A stretch of 62,048 nt of DNA, taken from the NCBI GenBank assembly GCA_010015805.1, contig ML978134.1:744001-806048 (forward strand), written 5' to 3'. Positions 46,401 through 59,803 of this stretch are shown here, in pieces. The notes under the pieces are model-generated. The model searched no databases and was not told where the DNA came from. It saw only the letters and a list, made by a program, of their open reading frames with translations. Made by a program: the position numbers and the translations under genes. This DNA comes from Rhizodiscina lignyota. Lineage: Eukaryota. Position 1 is the first letter of the stretch. Each line of letters begins with the position of its first letter.

Positions 46401-49400
46401 ATCGCTGATGGGCTACTTTCCAGATTTTCCTCGTTACCTCAGATCATTCGACCGATTTCTTTACTATGCGAATTCTCGTTACCCAGCTCTTACTCCCGGT
46501 GATGTTAATGTGCGTCTATCAACGATGGACATCTGCAGTGTAGGAACTGACCAGACGATAGGGTTACGTTCAGCGTTCAAGTAATGAGCATATGGCCTCG
46601 GTATCAAAGGGTCCGTTGGCCGATCGAGGGGAGGAAAGCAATTTTGGCACAGGGAGGACTCGCTGAACTATCAAGACTAATTCTGAACATCAAAATTTGA
46701 CCAAATTCAAAGTCGAAAGCAAAACTCGAGAGTTAGAGTAAACGATAGGAAAGGGCCGCGAAGGCTAAATGTAGACCATCTAACTTTGGGATGAGAATGT
46801 TATGTGTCTACTGAACAATCAACGATACTCACACGAGTGGTAGTTTAAAGTCGAGAAAATGAACAATAACTCCACTATGGAATTTGACGTGTCTTTCCGG
46901 ACTTCGGAAAGTAATAAGTGTTCATGCGGATCTTACGTCCACACGACAAAGGAAGCCTCAGAGAGTGAGAAAACAAATCCACGGCTAGTGCCACAGCCTG
47001 CCTGAGAAGAGATCCTAGAACGGGGCACCCATTCTACATAGACGCACTATGCAATCCCTTTACGGACTTGTTCAGGCAAAATGCACGTGTGGGTGAGTAC
47101 GGAATCACCGACGAATTGTTGCGGGGCTGGAAGGTCATGCTGAAGACGTGAGAGGCTGATATAGGGTAGCGCAAGAGCTGAGATTGTGATACGCGAAGAC
47201 CGTACCCACGTGCATAACCAACTCCAGGATGTAAAAATAGCGATTACGAGAGGAAACAGCAGTTCGTGTTCTAGGAAAAGCAAAGCCCCTTGAGTGGCCT
47301 GGGGCGGTGACGACATGGCCTGGAGGAGCGGCTGCGGTCCAGCAAGTCGGAAATTGATAGCTGCAGGTTCCGATCGGTGAGGAGCCGGTTGGGAGTGAGC
47401 AAACCCATCTGGGGTAGAACGAAAGTGTGACAGACATGGCATCATTTATGTTTGCGCGCGCTTCGGATCGTGATAGAAGAATAGTGTGACGAATGGGTCC
47501 TTCAGATTGTGATAGGTCGGAGGCAATAGATTCCCAATATTGCTTGTGCTGAAGTAGGCGTGTCTTCGGGAATAGTGGCAATGCGATCATCAGTCCACTG
47601 TAGCAGTCCCGGCAGAAGGCCATTGTTGCGTTATGCTATGAGACTGTTGCAATTGATAGCGCTCTTGGGGAGTTTTACAAACATTAGGAGCAGATGTCAG
47701 GATAGAAGTGCGTCAAACGACTTGAAAATAGATAGCTACAGGCTACGCAGACGCTCGAGTCCGAAGTTGCTCGAAGCTATCGATACGCTCATGCCTGGCC
47801 CCGGTTGCAAGGCGTGGTGCAGTCGGGTGGCTTGTTAGGAAATTTTATTGCGGGCACTGCCACGCCCACGGGGGGGAGAGCATGGAATCGTCAATCGTAC
47901 CTGCCTAAAGGATCGGCAGGGGCACGAATGTCTCACCATGTTAGTTAACGCGCAAGCAAACGTCGTCCGTCGCAAAGCGCACAAAGCGTGCGGAAACAAT
48001 TTGGAAGCGAGACATTTCATGAACATCACCATTACCTATTCCCACAGCATTGCTGGGTGGAGAAGGAAATGACGCAGCCGGTTTCACGTTTAATCGTGTG
48101 ATATGGCACAAGAATGGGGGTGGGAGCGGGCGCGTACTTGGCCCCAGGCACGCTGCACCCTTTGGATCTGTGCCTGGTCTAACCTGTTCTGTGTTAGTCA
48201 ACATGAGAGCGACCTCACGTCTGCGAAGTTCCACGCTCCCAGGGGGGACAACAAGCCAATCATTCGACGTACGCCCTCTGGGCCCATTTGTTTCGCTACG
48301 GCGGGTGAAAGGCCTCGCAGATGGCCTCTCCAAGCGAAACCCTGCCGTCACTGTGCTGACTTCTTCGTCGCCTCTCAATCGTCCCATATTGCGAGCTGAG
48401 CGACGAGCTGGGTCGCACAATGGCAATACAGAACATCGAACGAATTCCCCTCGACGCGCTGCCCTTCTTTTCATACTGATAGCCTGACCGAGGCCTCTAG
48501 CGTGCTGATTGCATACTGTGGCTTGCCAGGACTCTCTTCCACATTCGGCCCACCAAGCCCGCTCGTTTCCCTTCTGTCAACCACGGTGCCCCTGTCCACG
48601 AGTCGTGGGAGGTCGGCAGCCGGACGCGGTGCCTGAGCAGTTCTCCCAGCACTGCAACCTCTCCTGCAACCTAGGCGAAGGCTCTTTTCCCGCCTTACCT
48701 GCGTCCTGCGTCCTGCAGCCAGCCTGCAGACTACGATAATCGTCGCTCCGTCGAGCCACTCGTTCCTTTTCACATCCCGCAGCGCTGAGACGACCTCCTC
48801 TTCGCCGCCCTCTCGTTCGCTGGTCCACTCAGCAATCGCTTACCGTTCTCTGTCACCCGACCGACATCTTCTCCGTTGCTCTGTGGACAGAGTCTTGAAA
48901 TCGCTCTGCCTGCTGTTCGAGCTGAGTCTCACAAACGCGTAGTCACGCATATCTGGGGTATTTGTCTCAAACGGTGTGACACCCCCCTCGCAGACACATC
49001 TTCTGTTCCGGAAACGGCATTCGATTAATCGAGCTCGACGGTCTTATCGTAGATTCACCCAGTCGGCATCTCTTCACCATCATTTTCACCCCTCGCTCCT
49101 TTCGATTAATTCTGGATTCTTCTTCGAGCAAGCGCTATTCCCAACGATCCCATTGCTGAAGGACCAACCGTATACCATATTCGAGTTCGAGCGTCGCTAT
49201 TATCTCTGCGTCGGTGTTGCTGGTTGGTGGGAACAAACAGAAGAGGGGGAGGGCAGACATTGTATCGTGAATAAGGCGAAGACAACCTATTGACACGCTG
49301 GAAAACATATTCAGACAACAACTTCGATTCGCATCTACACAGTCATTCTTCCACGGCCATGATTGCGATTTGGACATCATAATAGCCTCACTACGCTGGA

Positions 49401-49484
49401 GCGCATACGACATCGACCCATTCCCTTACATTATTTTGGCTTCCGACATCTTGCGCCATTGCTGTGGACAGTTGAACCTGCAAG

Positions 49485-52133
49485 ATGTCGGACCCGGCGA
49501 CGGCAGTGACCTCAAAAGACCACTGCTCAGTCATCAATGACGAAATTCTCTACATCTATTCAGAAGATGGCATGCAATCGTTGCCATTGAAGAAGGGTGG
49601 CAAATGGCAAACCCTTCCCATGGGCGTCTCTATCACTGGAGCACAGTGTATACTCGCGCCATCTGATGACGATTCGAAATCGGCCATGTACATTGTCGGA
49701 GGGGCAGCAAATTCCTCCATGTCAGACTACACTGGCCTACAACGATACACGTTCGCTTCGAAGAAATGGGACATCATCAAGCCTCTGGTGACCGTTACTC
49801 AGAATCGCCAGAACCATGGCGCTGCCTACCTCAAAGACAGCTCTTCTATTCTCGTTTACGCCGGCTCGCAGGACACAGCAGACCCGACGCTCTCTTCACA
49901 AACGTTCCTTATCTCAACATCGCCACCATACGACGTCCAATCGTACACATCAACCGCACCCCCACTCACACAACCTCAGGTTATGACATGGAATGACTCA
50001 CATGCCGTCCTGATTGGTGGTGGGACTGACAACAAGGCGGTCTACACATTCGGCGCTCAAGAAGGCTGGGCGGATCTGGGCACGACACTGCAGCAAGGCC
50101 TCCAAAGCCACACCACCATGGGCTGCGATATTGTCATGGGTGACGACGGCAGCAAAGTGCTGGAGACATATGACCTGAGCAAGTCACCAAACGAAGTTGC
50201 TCGGATAGTACTTTGGGCCGATGGACAGCCCGCAAAACCGGGCCAGACTGTTGGTGGGTCATCATCCTCTAGCTCATCTAGAAAGAGGAAACGAGACTCC
50301 ACTCTCACCCTGAAAAACTGGCCACCATACAACGACTCTTTAGCGCCCACAGTGAAGAGGAACGGGTACTCACTGGCATCTGATGGGAATGGTCTTGCTG
50401 TCATCAGTGGCGGTGCATCGAAGGATGCTATTGTGGTATTTGACCAGCGAAAGAATGCTTGGGTTAATACGACTCAACTGCTTGGAAGCCAAGCACCTCT
50501 CTCAATCTCGAGCTCATCGTCGGCGCGACCCTCTAGTACAGACTCTGCGTCATCAATATCACCTCCGACGTCGTCTGCATCGGCAACATCCGCTCCAACC
50601 GATGCTCTTTCCCCACCTGATGGCGACAGTCACACCAGGACGATGACCGTCCTTGGTGCTACCCTTGGTACCATCTTCGGCCTTGCCGCCATTCTCATCA
50701 TCATACTGCTGCTGCTCCGCTGGAAGCGTGAGAAGCGGAAGCGGGCAGAGGCCGGATATGTTAACGAAAAGGAGCAGGATCGCTTGAGCTTTGCTGACCA
50801 AGGCACTGAGTTCATGCACACAGCTGGCGGCTCGGTCGGGCACCAGTTCTCTGCCAGCATGAACAACTCCGTCACTTCACTCAACATCATCGCTGGTAAG
50901 ATGGGGAATACTAAGTCGGCAGCGGCCCACAAACGCAACGGTGGAGCGCTTGGCAGTGACGCAAGCACGATGAACTTGATACAGAAGAAGCCGAGTCCTC
51001 TTAGGATCAACGACTCGGTTGAGATGTCACGGATGCGATCGGAGACGGGAATAGCCACATCACCAAAGCTCATTACTATCCCCTCACCGAGAGCCACTCG
51101 TACTCCGCCAGCCATGATCGGTGATCCTCCTCTCTCGCCCGGCGCCATCCTTGCTGCTCGTGGTCAAGCGGGAATGACGAGTCGGCCAATATCTCGCAGT
51201 GGTGATGTACGGCCTGGCTCGAGTGGGTCCGCTAGTAGAGGTGGTGCGATTGTTGCCGGCATGGGCGGCGCAGGAGGAGGCGCCCGTTCATCAGGGTGGT
51301 CGAGATATTTCGCAAACAATGAGCATACGACAAACCTTGCAGGCGGTGCCCTTGCTCCTCGAAAAGGATCCGTCGGTAGCGCTCGCAGTGGCGCGAGTGC
51401 TAGCCAGTACACGCGCGACAGCGCTGCGACAGGCAGCCAGATCACATATCCAAGCCAGACTGTAATGCCTCTGGAGCTTAATCTCGGCCCTAAATTCGAC
51501 AGCTCCCTCGATGGTCAACGATTAAGTCGAGTCGCTACCGGCAGTCCAACGCTTGGCCACACGCGCGACCACTCAGCGGCCGGGAGAGAGCTCGACGCTC
51601 GCGGACAGAAGGCAGAGATTGCACGAACTGTCTCAGGGAAGAGCACCGTTGAGACAGCCAGTTCGTTGATGGACTTCAGCTTTGGCTCTACAGCCGCAGA
51701 TGGGACTGGCACAGCCAACACATGGACACCCGTCTCAGCCAGTCCTGGCTGGAATGACGTACCAGGAGCGAAGGCGACAACAGGGCAGGATAACCATGGT
51801 TCGGTCACCAGCTCGGTGTATTCCCGCAATCCGCAATCATACTATCCTGCATACGATGACCGCAGGAATCTTTACACAAAGTCCACCGCCAGCGCAGCGA
51901 GCACTGTATGGCCTGCTCCTCCAAAGTCGAGCCACGGAGAGGAGAATAGAGACAGCACTGTCACCGTGTTTCCACGCGGCATCCCCGACTCTCCGGCACT
52001 TCCACCCCTGCCAGCGCAGAACGGGAAGTACGGCTACGGGCAGGGCGAGGCGCAGGAGCCGGCGAAGAAGGTGCCGGTTGGAGAGGATGTCAGTTGGTTG
52101 AACCTCGGCGGGAACGCAGGCAGCGCATACTAA
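49485..52133 (+). CDS. Kelch/galactose-oxidase-like beta-propeller single-pass membrane protein
   Basis: 882-aa ORF with repeated beta motifs (MYIVGG, ILVYAG, AVLIGG, AVISGG), an S/T-rich stalk, one TM helix (VLGATLGTIFGLAAILIIILLLL) followed by RWKREKRKR, and a low-complexity tail. Confidence 0.8.
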   Translation: MSDPATAVTSKDHCSVINDEILYIYSEDGMQSLPLKKGGKWQTLPMGVSITGAQCILAPSDDDSKSAMYIVGGAANSSMSDYTGLQRYTFASKKWDIIKPLVTVTQNRQNHGAAYLKDSSSILVYAGSQDTADPTLSSQTFLISTSPPYDVQSYTSTAPPLTQPQVMTWNDSHAVLIGGGTDNKAVYTFGAQEGWADLGTTLQQGLQSHTTMGCDIVMGDDGSKVLETYDLSKSPNEVARIVLWADGQPAKPGQTVGGSSSSSSSRKRKRDSTLTLKNWPPYNDSLAPTVKRNGYSLASDGNGLAVISGGASKDAIVVFDQRKNAWVNTTQLLGSQAPLSISSSSSARPSSTDSASSISPPTSSASATSAPTDALSPPDGDSHTRTMTVLGATLGTIFGLAAILIIILLLLRWKREKRKRAEAGYVNEKEQDRLSFADQGTEFMHTAGGSVGHQFSASMNNSVTSLNIIAGKMGNTKSAAAHKRNGGALGSDASTMNLIQKKPSPLRINDSVEMSRMRSETGIATSPKLITIPSPRATRTPPAMIGDPPLSPGAILAARGQAGMTSRPISRSGDVRPGSSGSASRGGAIVAGMGGAGGGARSSGWSRYFANNEHTTNLAGGALAPRKGSVGSARSGASASQYTRDSAATGSQITYPSQTVMPLELNLGPKFDSSLDGQRLSRVATGSPTLGHTRDHSAAGRELDARGQKAEIARTVSGKSTVETASSLMDFSFGSTAADGTGTANTWTPVSASPGWNDVPGAKATTGQDNHGSVTSSVYSRNPQSYYPAYDDRRNLYTKSTASAASTVWPAPPKSSHGEENRDSTVTVFPRGIPDSPALPPLPAQNGKYGYGQGEAQEPAKKVPVGEDVSWLNLGGNAGSAY

Positions 52134-53702
52134 CAGTCATTGCAATGACTTTGCACTTTCATTTCGATCTTTGAACAGAGACATGGCGGCAATGATATGT
52201 CTGAGCGATACACATTAATCTTTCTTACTATCCTTGAGATTTCTTGCGTCGGCGTCGCTAATTTGCTTGGTACTTGCTGCATTTTGTTTGCGCGGACAAA
52301 AGCGGAGACGCATCTCGATACACACAATATTCCCCATCTCTGCCTTTGGCTTTTCCCGCTGAGTCTGTTTCCATGCGGTACGGCTGTCAGCTTTTTGCGG
52401 TGGAAATCTGTTTTGGGCTCTTTTAACCCTTCACTTCTCTGTCAATTTTTTTCTTCTCTTCTTCTTTCGCTTCGACTATTGGTCTATTTACCATTCTATA
52501 CCCCCTTTTCTAGCCTCACCGCTCAGTTGCAACAGGAAGCGGAAAAGTGGAACTTTGTTTGGCCAGTACTACATTTGAAACACCTTTTCCTTCCTTGCGC
52601 CTCTGTTGTGTTTCACGTCTTGATGTACGGTTAATGTCGTACGGTGGCTGTGCGCCGAACATTTTCCTTGCTTGTGATAGTCTGAGGAAGTGCGGGGGGT
52701 ATATGCGGCGGGCAGTTGTATTGTACAGAGAGAATGCAAAGACAGTTTAAAAGTCTCGCGTGCGAAATGTGAACCTTTGAGTGTGATGTCGATGTTCCAA
52801 TTGGCTCTGGTGGAGGATATTGAGGGTCGCGCGGTGGCGCCGCTCAACCGCTTCAAAATCCGCGCCGCAACCAGAACAACATTGTGATATGGGGGCTGCG
52901 TGCTCTTCATACATCTTGTAGTGTCGCCGTGTACTGCGACATCCTGTCTACTTCCAGATGAAGCCGGTCGTCATCCGAAAGGCCAAGGAGGTGTCTGAGG
53001 CTATATGAAGGGAAAGGGAATTTGGAAGAGGCTCGTGATGTGATAGAGAAGTGTTTGGCGTCGTTTTTGTAAGACACTCAAGACCTCCTTCGATAAAGGC
53101 CACCACTAGCATTGAGCGATAGCAATCGATATTCAAATCCATAATTATTTTAGCGGCATGAATGCCACTCACGTATCTACGTCAATTGTTGAAAGATCTC
53201 GAATGTAGTTTTTTCACCTTCTTCGATCATACCCGTTCTGTCTGTCGAGGTGTGGTGTTTTGTATCCTTAACTTTCTTCGATGATACCGTGTAGCCACCT
53301 GGAAGTTCAAAGCAGTCTGCTCAGATGCCTTCTTCGATGTGGGTTGCATGCTGCTCGTAGGCACAAAGGTATCTCATTTTCCAAGTCGGGGGGTGTAACT
53401 TCACCTGTGTGCGGAGGTTGCGTTCAATAGTGTCTGGAGTGCACTTAACACGGCTACGCCACTTGAAAACTTTAGATACGCTTTAAAAGTGCGTATCCAT
53501 AGAAATTGTAGAGGTATCAACAACCTTCATGGATGTTGCGAAGAAATTTGTCCGCAAGACGTTGCGGCTACCTTCGGCTTAAGCAACCTCGTTGACGTCC
53601 AACCTTCCCGGATTCCCGGGAACCTCCAAACTCGACAGAATGTGAGGCCAGTCATCGCAATTGAGGCTCTCAAGCCTCAATACACCATTGTCTGGATCAA
53701 TC

Positions 53703-55226
53703 ATGGCATCTCCCAGCCAAAGATGTTTTACTTCAATTATCAGAACGGCTACCAGACGCTCGACTCCTTCTAGAATCCATGGTCGGCGGCAGCACATACC
53801 TCGGGCTACGTTCGCAACGACGAGACGATTAGACGTAGTAAAGCCGTTCCTACTCGCGGACATCGGCGAAGGTATGCTCTCTTTCCGTTCCGTCCTGCTC
53901 AAATTCCGGCCCAACTGACGTCTGACCATAGGTATCACGGAATGCCAAATTATCCAGTGGTTCGTGGCGCCCGGCGCCCGTGTCGAGCAATTCGATAAGA
54001 TCTGCGAGGTGCAGTCCGATAAAGCGAGCGTAGAGATAACCAGCCGATTCGATGGGATAATAAAGAAGTTGTATTACGAGAAGGATGATGTGGCGAAGGT
54101 GGGGAAGCCCTTGCTGGACATTGACATCCAGGGGGAGATTGGCCCAGAAGACGAAGCTGTTGTTGCTGGAGGTGAAGAGCAACCGCAGGAAAAGACGGAC
54201 AAGAAGACGACTATTGAGGAGGTGCAAGTAAAGAGCGAGACCATCAGCAAACACGACGAGGGCAAGGCGACAATACAGGAACAAGATTCAAGTGCAGTTG
54301 GGCAGAGAGGGAAGGCTGCGACGCTGGCTACGCCTGCCGTACGACGGATAACCAAAGAACTCAATGTCGAAATCACTGATGTCCAGGGCACGGGCAAAGA
54401 CGGGAGAGTACTCAAAGAAGACGTCCAGAAGTTTGCATTAGCACGGCAAGAACAAGGGCAACCATCTGCTCAAGCAGCAGCAGCACCGATCCCACAAGCA
54501 ATCGGCGAGGATAAAGTCATGTCACTAACAGCCGTGCAATCCGCCATGTTCAAAACTATGACCCGTTCGCTCTCCATACCGCACTTCCTCTACACCGATA
54601 CTGTTGACTTTTCTTCACTTAATATCCTGCGGAAGAAGGCCAACGCGCGAACGACAGCTTCACAGCAACCGCAAGCAAAGCTCTCAGCTCTTCCGTTTAT
54701 CATCAAAGCCGTATCCATCGCCCTCTCCGAACATCCGCACCTCAACGCACACCTCGATACTTCCGATCCCTCCAAGCCGAAGATGAACCACAGAGCCTCC
54801 CACAACATTGGGATAGCAGTCGACTCCCCATCTGGACTCCTCGTACCGGTAATTCGTAACGTCCAATCTCACTCTATCGCTTCCATTGCTGCTGAAATCG
54901 TTCGTCTCTCCACGCTGGCACAGTCCGGTAAACTCGCACCAAAGGACTTTGAAGGCGCGACGTTCACGGTCTCGAACGTGGGCAGTATCGGCGGCGGGGT
55001 AGTAAGTCCAGTGATTGTCTCGCCACAGGTTGCAATCTTGGGAGTTGGGAGGGCGCGAGCTGTGCCAGCCTTTGGGGAAGCGGGCGAGGTTGTGCGGAGA
55101 GAAGAGTGTATATTCAGCTGGGCAGCGGATCACAGGGTTGTCGATGGGGCAGGAGTGGCCAGATGTGCGGACAGGGTGAGAGGGCTACTTGAGGGATTGG
55201 AAGAGATGCTTGTGAATATGAGATGA
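53703..55226 (+). CDS. Dihydrolipoamide branched-chain acyltransferase (E2 of branched-chain alpha-keto acid dehydrogenase)
   Basis: Mitochondrial presequence-like N-terminus; FLLADIGEG, intron 53872-53931, ITECQIIQWFV; lipoyl-lysine motif VQSDKAS; E3-binding ATPAVRR...GTGKDGRVLKED; catalytic DHRVVDG. Confidence 0.93.
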
Positions 55227-55693
55227 AAGGGAAGGGAGAGAGGTTTGTCGTGACATTGAGACTAAGACTTCAGACTTCTAGTAGTTCAAATTATGTGAAT
55301 AGCATAAGGAACTTTTGCTAATGCAAAAGAGTCTTATTCAAGCCTATGTAGAGGTCTATGAAGGCCTGGCCAGAGTATGCCATCTTCATCGGCGTAAGTG
55401 TCTTGGGACAGTAGAGTTTCCGCTACACCCCGCAGAGGTCAAAGTACAATCTGATATCGTTTCTCTCCTAGCACTACCGTCGCTATGGGAGGCCGTAACC
55501 AGCAGCTTCTGCATGTTGTGGGCAAGGTAAGGTACATCAGCGGGAGGTATTGTGCCGCCCCCGCAATGTACTTCGGGTGCGACTTCACTAGCTCAGTGCC
55601 CCAAGCATTGAATTATATTCCAAAGAGTCTTTGAGCATTTCTTTAATTCTTTGCCTCAATAGCCTTTACAACTTGATTCTTCAAGCAAAGAAG

Positions 55694-56605
55694 ATGGGAC
55701 GACTCGACGGGAAAGTAGCGTTGATTACGGGTAAGTCCAATGTTCGACCCCAACGTAAACAATTACTGACAGCAGTTATGAAAGGTGGTGCGAGCGGGTT
55801 CGGAGCTGCCATGAGCGAGCGTTTCTCGCAAGAAGGCTGCAAGGTACTCATCGGTGACTTGAACGAATCGGCGGCGAAAGCGACGGCGGACAAGATCGGG
55901 AGCTCCAACATCAAAGTAAGGAAAATGGATGTTACTCAAGAGGCAGACTGGAAGGCCGCAGTTGAGTCCTGCGTCAAAGACTTCGGCCGACTCGATATTG
56001 TTGTGAATAATGCTGGCTGGACTTATAAGAACAAGGTAAGATGCACCCCAAATAAGGAATCTGTCGCTAACAAACCCAAGCCGACGCTGGAAGTTACAGT
56101 AGAAGAGTATACCAAAACCTTTGATGCCAATGTCAAGAGTATATTCTTGTCAATCGGCGCCGTAGTGCCGCAATTGAAGAAGCAGGGCGGCGGAAGCATA
56201 ATCAACATCTCCAGCGTCGGGGCAATGCGGCCGCGGCCAAACTTGATCTGGTACACCGCATCAAAGGGAGCAGTGTCTAACGTAAATCCAACGTCCCTGT
56301 TGCTCTTCTGAAGCGCTTAAACTGATGGTCCGCAGGCAACGCAAGGTCTAGCCGTCGAGTATGGCCCTGACAATATAAGAGTTAACGCAATATGCCCTGC
56401 GCTCTCGGGCACTGGGCTATTTGAACAATTCAGTGGGAAGTCCAATACGGAGGAGAACTTGCACAAGGCGGCTGGTAACATTCCCTTGGGCCGGCTGACG
56501 AACCCAATGGATGTGGCGAATACTGCTTTGTTTCTCGCCTCTGATGAGGCACAGTATATTACTGGAGTGGATCTTCAGGTCGACGGGGGAAGAAATGTAT
56601 TTTAG
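55694..56605 (+). CDS. Short-chain dehydrogenase/reductase (FabG-like)
   Basis: TGGASGFG, VNNAG, NISS, YTASK, IRVNAICP and ITGVDLQVDGG. Introns 55731-55784, 56036-56080 and 56282-56335; TAG at 56603-56605. Confidence 0.92.
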
Positions 56606-57709
56606 AGGGTCAAACATGCTTCTTCCAGATTCAATTAAATTCGAGGGTTTCGACGTCGATTTTCGAGTTGCGGTACATAACTGGGATTGATCAAAAAAGC
56701 TTGACCTTCCATCCAATCAAAGGGGAATAGCACCGAAGGGTGCCGGATGGGCCTTAATTTCACTTGCAGGATAAAATTGAAATGATCTCGGGTTAAATGT
56801 TTCATTAGGACAAGAAGACTCCCTTCGTGATGTGAAATTCAACGCTGATATTGTTCCTGGCGCTGACTAAGGGCCAAACATCATACATGTACGACGAGCA
56901 CTTCAATCGGAGATTTCCCTAGCATTTGTTTCCCGGCTAAGCACGCAAGCTGTCACTGGCGAGATTCTACTCGTCCCGATGTGGCTTTTGTCACTCCTCA
57001 CTAACGCTATTGTCTCTGTTGCCGTGCTGTTTTTATCAGCACAGTGGAATCGGGCCATAGTCCCGTGGTTGTGTCATGGGATCAGGCCCCGGAAGCTTCT
57101 GGCTGCCGTGGGCACGAAGGGCATCAACGAGCAGAGGCAGTGGGTATGATTCAGTAGAAACGCTAGTGTTGGTCGCGAGAAGGATGAACCAGATGCTAGT
57201 GCAAAAAACAAGTGTGTGAGGAGGGTGAATTATTAATTTCGGTTCATTCTTCCTTCATGATCTATCGTAAGTATGACTTTACGTCTGCTATTCCGAGTTC
57301 CCTGAAATATCCGTACACGTGGTATATCTCGTCCAAAATCCTCGTGATCTGTCCCATGACAATCGTATCCGCAATCCTCGCGGTATAAATCCCTAGCTCT
57401 GCCGCTGATGGAGCTTGGCTGTGAATGATTTTACGCAGAGGGAGCAGCTGGCTGTGGCAGCTAGCGGGACTCCTCCGCGTAGTCCGGTTCTGAAATCCTG
57501 CTGGGACGCAGGTAGCCTGAATTTCTTTAGAGACGCGTCTGCGTCTATGTGCGTCATGTTGCAACCAGCCGACATGACGTGGAGGGGTAAAGTGAGAAGC
57601 AGGACGTTCATTGAAGAATCCATGCTGTCTCCCAGCCTAACTGAACAAGCCGAAGCAGCCTATCCAGACATGGAGAAAAGAGGTCACATACAGCAACCGG
57701 CTTGTGATC

Positions 57710-58991
57710 CTATCGCTGCACCTGTTTCTTGGAACTCCGGATCTCGTGCCTGGATTTCATGAACCACTCGTGATCCGCTGGGCGAATTGGCTCGATTGGC
57801 TCAGGCTCCAGAATTGGATCTCTCGAGGATGTGCTCTTCAGTGATGCGTCGACAGGTTCGCAAGATTCCTGCGTCGTGACTTTACCCTTCCCTCCCGCGC
57901 GGGTTGATCCAGGTCGGGGGGCATCGCTTTCTGGGCCTATGACAACGATTCCAGCAGTCTTGAACTCGTCAAAGAACCTCTGACATGCGGGGAAAATAGT
58001 CGCACCGATCGTAATCGTCGCCATTCCGATTTGCGCGCAGATCGAAGCGATCATGCCATAAGAGGCCTTCCAGGTGTAGTAGGTGTACACTACGTAAACA
58101 GGCCAGATGCTGAGTCGAAGTTAGTGTACTCTGATTACGGTCTGGCAGAGAGGACATACGCAATTTTTGGTAGAAAGGAGAATGTAACCACTCTTCCTCT
58201 TCCGGGAGCCACGCGAGAGACGACTTTCTTTGGTAGGAACCAGGTGAATATGGTGAGATCAAAGATAGCGTTGGGAATCACGGCAATAAGCCAAAAGTAC
58301 CACTGGATGAAGTTAGTAATGCCAAACATGTTGTGTACCCATTGAGGGATCAGGTAGTACCCTGTTCGGACAGGTGTTGGGGCCATCGTCGCGGTATACG
58401 TCGCTCGGCGAGCAACTGTACGCAATTAAGAAGCCGGCTAAGACGGCCGCAAGGAGATTGTAGACGACGAAGAAGTTGACCAATTGCTGGTGTTCATTCG
58501 CGTGGCTAATGAGTCGGACGAGGAAGAATGCCGTGGCGAAATTGGCACACTGCCACATAATTATCACGACAACGCGCCCCGCGAACAGCAGCTGCTCATC
58601 CAGTCAGCACGTGTGCGCGAGCCAAGCAGAGAGTTGGTTGGGATGGATGACGGACCTTTGAGATGCCTTCACTTGGCACTCCATCCTTGTGGACGGCAAT
58701 ATCAAGCAGGACAAAGTGAGCGGCATAGAGGAGCTGGGTGGAGCGGAACGTCAGTGTCTTACGCGCCGGAATGGGCAGGAGAGCGGGAGCACACACATAG
58801 GCAGCAAATAAGAAGCGGTCGCTCCAAGGCAGTCTGGCGCCGAGTCGTGCCAGCTGCGGCACTCCAATGCTGTCGACGGATGAGCGCAGCCGAGCCTCAG
58901 TGGTCCAGCGGCGCCAGACGGCTACGACGTAGAAGAAGGTGACGACGCCGAAACAACCGCCGTTGAAGGTCGCAATCGCTCCAGAAGACAT
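57710..58991 (-). CDS. Multi-pass integral membrane protein, Pth11-like/rhodopsin-domain type (exon structure approximate)
   Basis: Successive hydrophobic exons (GCFGVVTFFYVVAVW; LPWSDRFLFAAY; FATAFFLVRL; LIAYSCSP...CP; IPNAIFDLTIFTWFLP; IFPACQRFF) are separated by GT...CTGAC...AG intron-like segments. Confidence 0.6.
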
Positions 58992-59803
58992 GACAACATT
59001 CAGCCGGAGGAAGGGAGCAAATGTGGGGACGATGAGGATCGCGGAGAGAGGGCCATGGCCTCTACAATACAATATGTATTTGAAGGGGCCCGATACCGAT
59101 GGAGTGGGAGAGGGAGAGGGAGCGAGCTGTGCCCTCGCTGCCCATGCAAAAGTCACGATTGACGAGGCGTCCGACTTTGTGACCGCTCAGGCCTCCTGGC
59201 TCCACACCCGCTTCCCCGACGGGCTAGCGACATGAAAAGGCATGGTGGCGCGCGCTTCGAATGCGCGGTCTGGCGGTGCCCGGCCGGCTTCTGGCTCCCG
59301 CCGTGCCGTTCCCTTAGCTGCCGCCCATATTGCCGCTGCGCGCTTCTGTTCTATCGAGTGCGATGGCTACCGGCGTGCAGAGCGGCCCTGCCCTAGAACG
59401 CGGTTATCACGCGCTGCCTGCCTGTGGCCCTGATTTCCACACTGCCCCTATGGAGGTGTGCTGGGGACTTGCCCTGATTTCCACCTACGCCCATGTCTCG
59501 CCCGCATAGGGCACGGACACGCATCGGCCCAGCAGTGCTGCACACGCTCCAGCTCCAAGTCGCCGGGAGCGAACGGTCGACATGGCTGCATCCAGTTCCC
59601 TCATCCTTCGCCAAATTGCAGACGGATCGCAAAAGCCGCCGCACACGTGATGAGCATGCATCAGACCTCCATCCAGATCTTTTCCAGGTGGCGGGGCATG
59701 CTGGCTATTTCGTTTGGCGAGGAGTGAGACGAACTTTTCTTTCTCTCGTCGACCTCAGTCGCACATCGTTCCTGAGACCTCGAGAGCATTGTCCACAGGC
59801 ACA

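Noticed and set aside
47170..47250. Possible TPP riboswitch (CTGAGA...ATAC)
   Set aside because: The downstream conserved TGAT...TAAT...GCG.AGG core is absent and there is no adjacent thiamine gene.
46400..49350. ORFs of 65-177 aa in the gene-poor stretch
   Set aside because: They show no motifs and overlap in conflicting frames; more likely a long promoter or 5' leader for the 49485 gene.
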